Of a stretch of DNA of 64,000 nucleotides, positions 58,460 through 64,000 are shown in pieces (positions within the stretch are counted from its first letter, which is position 1; every line of letters starts with the position of its first letter). The position numbers and the translations under genes are program-made. The notes beneath the pieces were generated by a model. That model had not been told where the DNA came from. It worked only from the letters and a program-made list of their open reading frames with translations, and ran no database searches. The DNA is from Acidimicrobiia bacterium (GTDB taxonomy: Bacteria > Actinomycetota > Acidimicrobiia > Spongiisociales > ZC4RG35), in the NCBI GenBank assembly GCA_965215185.1, contig OZ244034.1, positions 2,848,001 through 2,912,000 of the forward strand. The letters are read 5' to 3'.

Positions 58460-59572
58460 TCAGGCCAGTTCTTCGTATTTGGCTTGGATATGGGTCTGCA
58501 GTTCCACGAAGGAGTCGGCAAACTTTCGCACTCCCTCGGCCTCCAGGGCTTCAACCACATCCTGGTAGTCCACTCCCGCTTCCTCCAGTTGGGCCAACAA
58601 ACCGCGGGACCGGGCGATCTCTTCGGGGCCGAAGATGGAGGGCCGAGACGATCCGTGGTCGGCATAGGCCTCGATGGTGGATAGAGGCAAAGTGTTGACC
58701 GTGTGAGGGGCAACCAATTCATCCACGTACAAGGTATCGCGATAGGCCGGGTTCTTGGTGGAGGTGGAGGCCCACAGCGGCTGCTGGATGCGTCCCCCCT
58801 GCGCGGCCAAGCTGTCCCAGCGGTCACCGGAGAATACGGATAGGAACTCACCGTAGGCGGCGTGAGCGTTGGCCACCGCCGCTTTCCCGCGAAGGGCCAG
58901 CGCCGACGCGTTGCCCAGCTGCTCCAGCCGGTGGTCCACCTCAGTGTCCACCCTCGACACGAAGAACGAGGCCACCGAGGCCACTTCCCGAAGGTTCCCC
59001 CCCATGGTGGAGAAGTCTTCCAGGCCCCCCAGATAGGCGTCCATCACCTCTCGGTAGCGCCCCAAGGAAAAGATCAGGGTGACGTTTACCGAGATACCCT
59101 CTCCGATCAATTGGCGTATAGCCGGGATTCCCTCGGGGGTGGCCGGCACTTTCACCAGCAGGTTGGGGCGACTGACCCGCTTCACCCACTCCCGGGCCTC
59201 GGCTACGGTGGCTGGGGTGTCCGCCGCCAACTGCGGGGAGACCTCCACCGAGACGAACCCGTCTGATCCACCGGTCCGGCTGTGAACCGGTCTCAGCACA
59301 TCGCAGGCATCGGTGATGTCACGGGTGATCAGTGCCGCGTATGTTTCGTCGGGATCCGCACCTCGGCGGATGAGGCGCGCCATTTCCTGGTCGTAGTCGT
59401 TGCTTTTGGTAATGGCACCGGCGAAAATGGAAGGATTCGAGGTGACCCCGGTGATGTTCTGTTCGCTGACCCGGCGGGAGAGTTCCCCGCTGTCCAGCAT
59501 TGCCCGGGAGATCTGATCGGCCCAGATGCTTTGCCCGGCCAGGGTCAGGGCGTGAAGAGGGAGAAATGACAT
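58460..59572 (-). CDS. tal: Transaldolase (actinobacterial long type)
   Basis: [37 protein letters not shown] and [10 protein letters not shown] motifs. Confidence 0.95.
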   Translation of the reverse strand: MSFLPLHALTLAGQSIWADQISRAMLDSGELSRRVSEQNITGVTSNPSIFAGAITKSNDYDQEMARLIRRGADPDETYAALITRDITDACDVLRPVHSRTGGSDGFVSVEVSPQLAADTPATVAEAREWVKRVSRPNLLVKVPATPEGIPAIRQLIGEGISVNVTLIFSLGRYREVMDAYLGGLEDFSTMGGNLREVASVASFFVSRVDTEVDHRLEQLGNASALALRGKAAVANAHAAYGEFLSVFSGDRWDSLAAQGGRIQQPLWASTSTKNPAYRDTLYVDELVAPHTVNTLPLSTIEAYADHGSSRPSIFGPEEIARSRGLLAQLEEAGVDYQDVVEALEAEGVRKFADSFVELQTHIQAKYEELA

Positions 59573-59609
59573 GCTTTGTGATTGTATCGGCGGCTCTACC
59601 CTTGCACAT

Positions 59610-59993
59610 ATGAGAAGACGGGTCCTGATCGCCAAAGCAGGCTTGGACGGGCATGACCGGGGCGCCAAGGTGGTGGCCCGGGCGCTTCGCGACGGGGGGC
59701 ATGAAGTGATCTACACGGGGCTTCACCAGAGCCCTGAGCAGGTGGTGGCCGCCGCCATCCAGGAAGACGTAGACGCTATCGGATTGTCGGTGATGTCCGG
59801 GGCCTATATGTCCATATTCCCTCCCATCATCGAACTGCTGGCCTCCTCCGGAGCGGATCACATCGCCGTCTTCGGGGGAGGGGTGATACCGGCCGAGGAT
59901 GTGGAGGGGCTCCTGGCTTTGGGCGTGGCCCGGATCTTCACGCCGGGAGCATCGTTGGATGAGATCCTCGCCTGGGTGAGTGCCGACCTCTAG
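59610..59993 (+). CDS. Methylmalonyl-CoA mutase C-terminal cobalamin-binding subunit
   Basis: [29 protein letters not shown] and FTPG motifs. Confidence 0.92.
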   Translation: MRRRVLIAKAGLDGHDRGAKVVARALRDGGHEVIYTGLHQSPEQVVAAAIQEDVDAIGLSVMSGAYMSIFPPIIELLASSGADHIAVFGGGVIPAEDVEGLLALGVARIFTPGASLDEILAWVSADL

Positions 59994-60057
59994 ACGGCTG
60001 CGTCGGTCAAATCACCGCGGCAGTCGGTCTTCTGCAACCGGGTAGCATATTTGTTTT

Positions 60058-61278
60058 GTGAACATTCATGAGCATCAGGCCAAGGAGTTATTGGCCTCCT
60101 ACGGGGTGGGGGTTCCTCCCGGTGTAAAGGCTTCCAATCCTGAACAGGCTGGTGATGCGGCGGTGTCTCTGCTGGAGAGTACCGGCGGTCACATGGTGGT
60201 GATCAAAGCACAGATCCATGCCGGAGGTAGGGGGAAGGGGCGTTTCCTGGAGTACCCCGACGCTGGGATCGGCGGAGTGAACATTGTGGCCTCCGGGCAG
60301 GCGATGCTGATACGGGGCCGGGTGGTGACAGTGGCCGAGAAGATGCTGGGGTCGACGCTGGTGACCGCGCAGACCGGTCCTTCGGGGAAGGTGGTCAACC
60401 GCCTGCTGGTGGAGGCGGGGGTGGACATCGCCCAAGAGTTGTATCTAGCGATACAACTCGACCGCAAGCGTTCCCGGCCGGTCCTGCTGGCCTCCACCGA
60501 GGGAGGGGTAGAAATCGAGAAGGTGGCTGCCGAATCCCCCGAGAAACTGGTAACGGAGGTAATCGATCCGGCCGTCGGCATCCGTCCCTTTCAATTGCGG
60601 CGTCTGGCCAGGAAACTGGGCCTTTCCGGGAAGGCGGCTTCCTCTTATAGCAACCTGGTGGAAAAGCTGATTACCGCGGCCGGGGGCCTGGACACCGAAC
60701 TGTTGGAGATCAACCCGCTGGTCATCACCTCTTCGGGTGAGGCGGTGGCTCTCGACGCCAAGGTGGCTTTCGAGGACAATGCTCTCTACCGCCACCCGAA
60801 GGTGGCCGAGATGCGGGACGAGAGCGAAGAGGATCCTGCCGAGACCAGTTCTCGAAAGGCCGGGCTCAACTATGTGAAGCTAGACGGTGAGATCGGTTGC
60901 ATGGTGAACGGGGCGGGGCTGGCCATGGCCACCATGGACATTGTCAAGCATTACGGGGGGACTCCCGCCAACTTCCTGGATGTGGGCGGGGACACCGACG
61001 CGGCGCGGGTGGCGACCGGGTTCCGCATCATCACCGCCGATCCCAACGTGAAGGGGATTTTCGTCAACATCTTTGGGGGGATCGTGCACTGTGACATGAT
61101 AGCCGAAGGGGTGCTGGCCGCCACCCAGGAGGTGAGGCTGTCGGTGCCGCTGGTGGTCCGGCTGGAGGGAACCAATGTTGATTTGGGACGCAGAATGATT
61201 GCCGAATCCGGTCTGGATGTGATCTCGGCCGTTGACATGGCGGACGGCGCCCGCCAGATAGTGGAGTTGTGCCGATGA
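60058..61278 (+). CDS. sucC: Succinyl-CoA ligase beta subunit
   Basis: [36 protein letters not shown] and NIFGGI motifs. Confidence 0.96.
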   Translation: MNIHEHQAKELLASYGVGVPPGVKASNPEQAGDAAVSLLESTGGHMVVIKAQIHAGGRGKGRFLEYPDAGIGGVNIVASGQAMLIRGRVVTVAEKMLGSTLVTAQTGPSGKVVNRLLVEAGVDIAQELYLAIQLDRKRSRPVLLASTEGGVEIEKVAAESPEKLVTEVIDPAVGIRPFQLRRLARKLGLSGKAASSYSNLVEKLITAAGGLDTELLEINPLVITSSGEAVALDAKVAFEDNALYRHPKVAEMRDESEEDPAETSSRKAGLNYVKLDGEIGCMVNGAGLAMATMDIVKHYGGTPANFLDVGGDTDAARVATGFRIITADPNVKGIFVNIFGGIVHCDMIAEGVLAATQEVRLSVPLVVRLEGTNVDLGRRMIAESGLDVISAVDMADGARQIVELCR

Positions 61279-62201
61279 GCATTCTCTGCAACCGCGACAC
61301 CAGATTGCTAATACAGGGCCTGGGCAGGGCTGGGAGTTTTCAAGCTCAGCAGATCATCGCTTATGGAACGCAGGTGGTAGGGGGGGTCCATCCCCGTCGG
61401 GCGGGAGAGATCCTTCGCTTCTCGGGCAAGACCGATCACACCGGAGTCCCCGACAGAACAGACACGTTCGAGGTTGATGTGCCTGTGTTCTCGGGTGTGA
61501 GTGAGGCGGTGGACGCCACCAGCGCCAACGCCAGCCTGATTTTCGTCCCACCACCCTTCGCGGCCGATTCCATCATGGAGGCGGCGGAGGCAGGAGTGGA
61601 GTTGATCGTGTGTATCACCGAGGGGGTGCCGGTCAACGACATGGTGACAGTGAAGCGTTACCTGCAGTCGCGCTCCTCGCGCCTGCTGGGACCCAACTGC
61701 CCGGGAGTCATTACTCCTGGCGAATGCAAACTGGGGATCATGCCCGGCTACATCCACGCCCGTGGGAAAGTGGGGGTGATCAGCCGATCGGGAACCCTTA
61801 CCTATGAGGCCGTCTATCAGCTAACCAACCTGGGTTTAGGGCAGACCACCGCCTTGGGCATCGGGGGCGATCCGGTGAACGGAACCAGTTTCGTGGATGC
61901 CCTGCGACTCTTTGAAGCCGACCCTGCTACCGAAGGGGTGCTGATCATCGGCGAGATCGGAGGGCCGGCCGAAGAGGAGGCTGCCGAATACGTGCGCTCG
62001 GAGATGACCAAGCCCGTGGCGGGATTCATCGCCGGCCTTACCGCTCCTCCAGGAAGGCGCATGGGCCATGCCGGAGCAATCATCTCCGGCGGCCAGGGCA
62101 CCGCGCAGAGCAAGATCGAAGCCTTCCGCCGGGCGGGAATCGAGATAGCCGCCACCCCTCCCGACATGGGTTCGGCCATGTTGGCCGCTCTGAGGAGATA
62201 A
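61275..62201 (+). CDS. sucD: Succinyl-CoA ligase alpha subunit
   Basis: [28 protein letters not shown] and phospho-His RMGHAGA motifs. Confidence 0.96.
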   Translation: MSILCNRDTRLLIQGLGRAGSFQAQQIIAYGTQVVGGVHPRRAGEILRFSGKTDHTGVPDRTDTFEVDVPVFSGVSEAVDATSANASLIFVPPPFAADSIMEAAEAGVELIVCITEGVPVNDMVTVKRYLQSRSSRLLGPNCPGVITPGECKLGIMPGYIHARGKVGVISRSGTLTYEAVYQLTNLGLGQTTALGIGGDPVNGTSFVDALRLFEADPATEGVLIIGEIGGPAEEEAAEYVRSEMTKPVAGFIAGLTAPPGRRMGHAGAIISGGQGTAQSKIEAFRRAGIEIAATPPDMGSAMLAALRR

Positions 62202-62293
62202 CCAGAGCGAACCTTCCTCCAAAAGTGAGGTGAGTTACTCTTTCGTCTCATGGAATCTGCATCCGTGCTTGCTCATGACGGTGAGGCTTGCCT

Positions 62294-63721
62294 GTGAAGT
62301 TGGTGATGCTGGGAGCGGGAAACGTGGCTCGGAATGTCTTAGGACGATTGGGCGACAGGTGGGAGGTCACGCTCATCGATCCTCTGGATTCGGCCTTGGA
62401 GTTGGCTCACCAGGTACGGGAGGTTGAAACCGTTCTGGGAGACGGGTCGAGTCGACTGGTGCTACGCCGGGCCGGGCTGGAAGAGGCCGAGGCCCTGGTG
62501 GTCACCAGCCGCGATGACGATATCAATCTTGAGGCGTGCCGATATGCCCAGGAACTGGGGGTTCCCCGGATCATCGCGGTATCGGGAGGATCAGAACAGC
62601 TTTCGTCCTATCGGGAACTGGGTGTGAAGGCGGTGTGGGCAGACAACCTGACGGCTCGGCATGTCGAGATCAACCTGGACGGTCGCCGGACACAGTCGGC
62701 GGCATTTGCCAGTGGTCTGGCGGAAGCGATGGAATTCCGCATTTCCCACGACTCTCCTCTTCGGGGGGTCAAAGTCCGGTCGTTGGGCCTGCGCACCTGG
62801 CTGGTAGCGACCGTTCTCCGAGAACAACGTCTGATCATTCCCCACGGCAACACCGTGCTGGAAGAGGGCGATTTGGTGACAGTGGTGGGCGCCAACGAGG
62901 ACTATGCCGACATGGTGGAGACCTTCACCGCCGGTCACGCTCGGTTTCCGCTGGACTACGGGCTTTCGGTGGCAGTGTCGCTCACCGCCGCTCCTTCCGA
63001 CGACGCCGTGCTGGCCGAGGCGGTCCACTTCGTGAAGTTCACCGCCGCTGATTCCATCCTGGCTGTGCATCCCCCATTGGACCGGATGGAACCGGAGGAC
63101 GCCGAGTCTCTGCACCACAAGATGGACCTTTGGCGGGCACGTCACGAACACACTGAGATAACTTTCATGGCTGCTCCCGGCGCTGGCCTCGAGGGACCCT
63201 TTGACTTGGCGTCCTCGGAGTCGGCGGGGGTGGTGGTCTTCCCACGGCCGCGGGGGCGGCGCAAAGTCATGAAGCTGGTGGAGATGAGCCGCCGGAGAGG
63301 AGTTCCATTGCTGATCGCCTCGGGGCGTTTTCCATACTCGGGTCCCATGGTGCTATTCAGCGGCGATGAGGAAGAAGAACGGTTGGGCGCCAGGGAAGCG
63401 ATTGACATGGCCGCCCACTCGGGTACGGTCCTGCAGACGGTGGGGGTGCTTCCTCCCCAGTTCCTGCCCGGCGAGAAAACCCTTCACGACATCCGGAGCC
63501 AGATCAGTCGGGTCAGGGAGGAAGCTTCCGTACATGGCGTCACCATCCGCCGCCGTATACAGCGGGGCAATCCGGTGAGGGTGGCGGATGAACTCTCTTC
63601 GGATTCGCTGGTGGTGATGGGGATTGGAGGCCATCCATACAGCTACCTTCGTCCGGGGATAGCAGGCCTGATGGCCGCCAGCGTGGATTGCTCGGTGATC
63701 CTGGTGCCCTCCCGAGGCTGA
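62294..63721 (+). CDS. TrkA-N/TrkA-C (RCK) protein fused to USP-like domains
   Basis: LGAGNVA, GDGS...L..AG, TrkA-C IIPHGNTVLEEGD; C-terminal USP-like RGNPV...LVVMG...CSVILVP. Confidence 0.8.
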   Translation: MKLVMLGAGNVARNVLGRLGDRWEVTLIDPLDSALELAHQVREVETVLGDGSSRLVLRRAGLEEAEALVVTSRDDDINLEACRYAQELGVPRIIAVSGGSEQLSSYRELGVKAVWADNLTARHVEINLDGRRTQSAAFASGLAEAMEFRISHDSPLRGVKVRSLGLRTWLVATVLREQRLIIPHGNTVLEEGDLVTVVGANEDYADMVETFTAGHARFPLDYGLSVAVSLTAAPSDDAVLAEAVHFVKFTAADSILAVHPPLDRMEPEDAESLHHKMDLWRARHEHTEITFMAAPGAGLEGPFDLASSESAGVVVFPRPRGRRKVMKLVEMSRRRGVPLLIASGRFPYSGPMVLFSGDEEEERLGAREAIDMAAHSGTVLQTVGVLPPQFLPGEKTLHDIRSQISRVREEASVHGVTIRRRIQRGNPVRVADELSSDSLVVMGIGGHPYSYLRPGIAGLMAASVDCSVILVPSRG

Positions 63722-63727
63722 CCGGCA

Positions 63728-64000
63728 GTGGAGTCGACCGATGCAACCACCCTGATCCTGGTGGGATTGGCAGCTCTGGGCCTCCCCCTGGTGGCTCGAC
63801 GTATCCGTCTGCCGCCGGTGGTGTTGGAAATCCTATTCGGGGTGCTGGTGGGCCCGGTGTTGAGGATCGTTTCCTCTTCGACTCTCCTTGAATCGCTGGC
63901 CCAGTTGGGTTTCTTGATGTTGATGCTTCTGACTGGTTTTGAGATCAACATCGGGTTCTTCCAGCGTCAGGGAGCAGGACCCATTCTGGTATCACTCTTG
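63728..64000 (+). CDS. Cation:proton antiporter (CPA2/KefB-like), 5' part; runs off window end
   Basis: Manual translation MESTDATTLILVGLAALGLPLVARRIRLPPVVLEILFGVLVGP...LAQLGFLMLMLLTGFEIN. Confidence 0.85.
   Translation, partial: MESTDATTLILVGLAALGLPLVARRIRLPPVVLEILFGVLVGPVLRIVSSSTLLESLAQLGFLMLMLLTGFEINIGFFQRQGAGPILVSLL

Noticed and set aside
59573-59609. Cobalamin riboswitch before the B12-binding mutase subunit
   Set aside because: Only 37 nt separate the divergent genes, and they are occupied by two -10 boxes.
62202-62293. c-di-AMP or fluoride riboswitch upstream of the Trk/antiporter genes
   Set aside because: The spacer is short and lacks the consensus elements.
1-64000. Numerous long antisense or overlapping ORFs; rRNA/tRNA genes
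   Set aside because: Antisense ORFs are expected in high-GC coding DNA and lack motifs; no tRNA cloverleaf or rRNA signature was recognised.

Overview
High-GC actinobacterial chromosomal segment, most likely Acidimicrobiia. This is inferred from the F420 LLM enzymes, WhiB, GuaB3, the LipB-LipA fusion and SLH/cadherin/FN3-rich surface proteins, the last being typical of sponge-associated lineages. Most of the window is housekeeping: sdhCAB, whiB, tatA, ahpE, moaE, an acyl-CoA ligase plus LIV-type ABC importer, bioY, lpdA-E2-lipBA, tkt, wecB, cimA, trpS, guaB3-guaA-pcrA, tal, sucCD and a Trk/USP-antiporter pair. One accessory block (about 37.9-46.1 kb) holds a frameshifted RHH antitoxin, a TnpB N-terminal remnant and a two-gene system. 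That system is a ~2,100-aa SLH-anchored kexin-type protease/adhesin with no recognisable cis prodomain, preceded by a separate secreted gene that looks like a trans-acting propeptide/chaperone. Other highlights are a leaderless Ile-codon attenuator upstream of cimA, a ClpX-zinc-finger/degenerate-HutI fusion, a membrane-anchored degenerate Mrr-like protein, an 8x PG-binding SpoIID protein, a BirA-like operator before bioY, and several unannotated small ORFs. No rRNA, tRNA or CRISPR array was seen. All family calls are from motif recognition by eye, not database searches.
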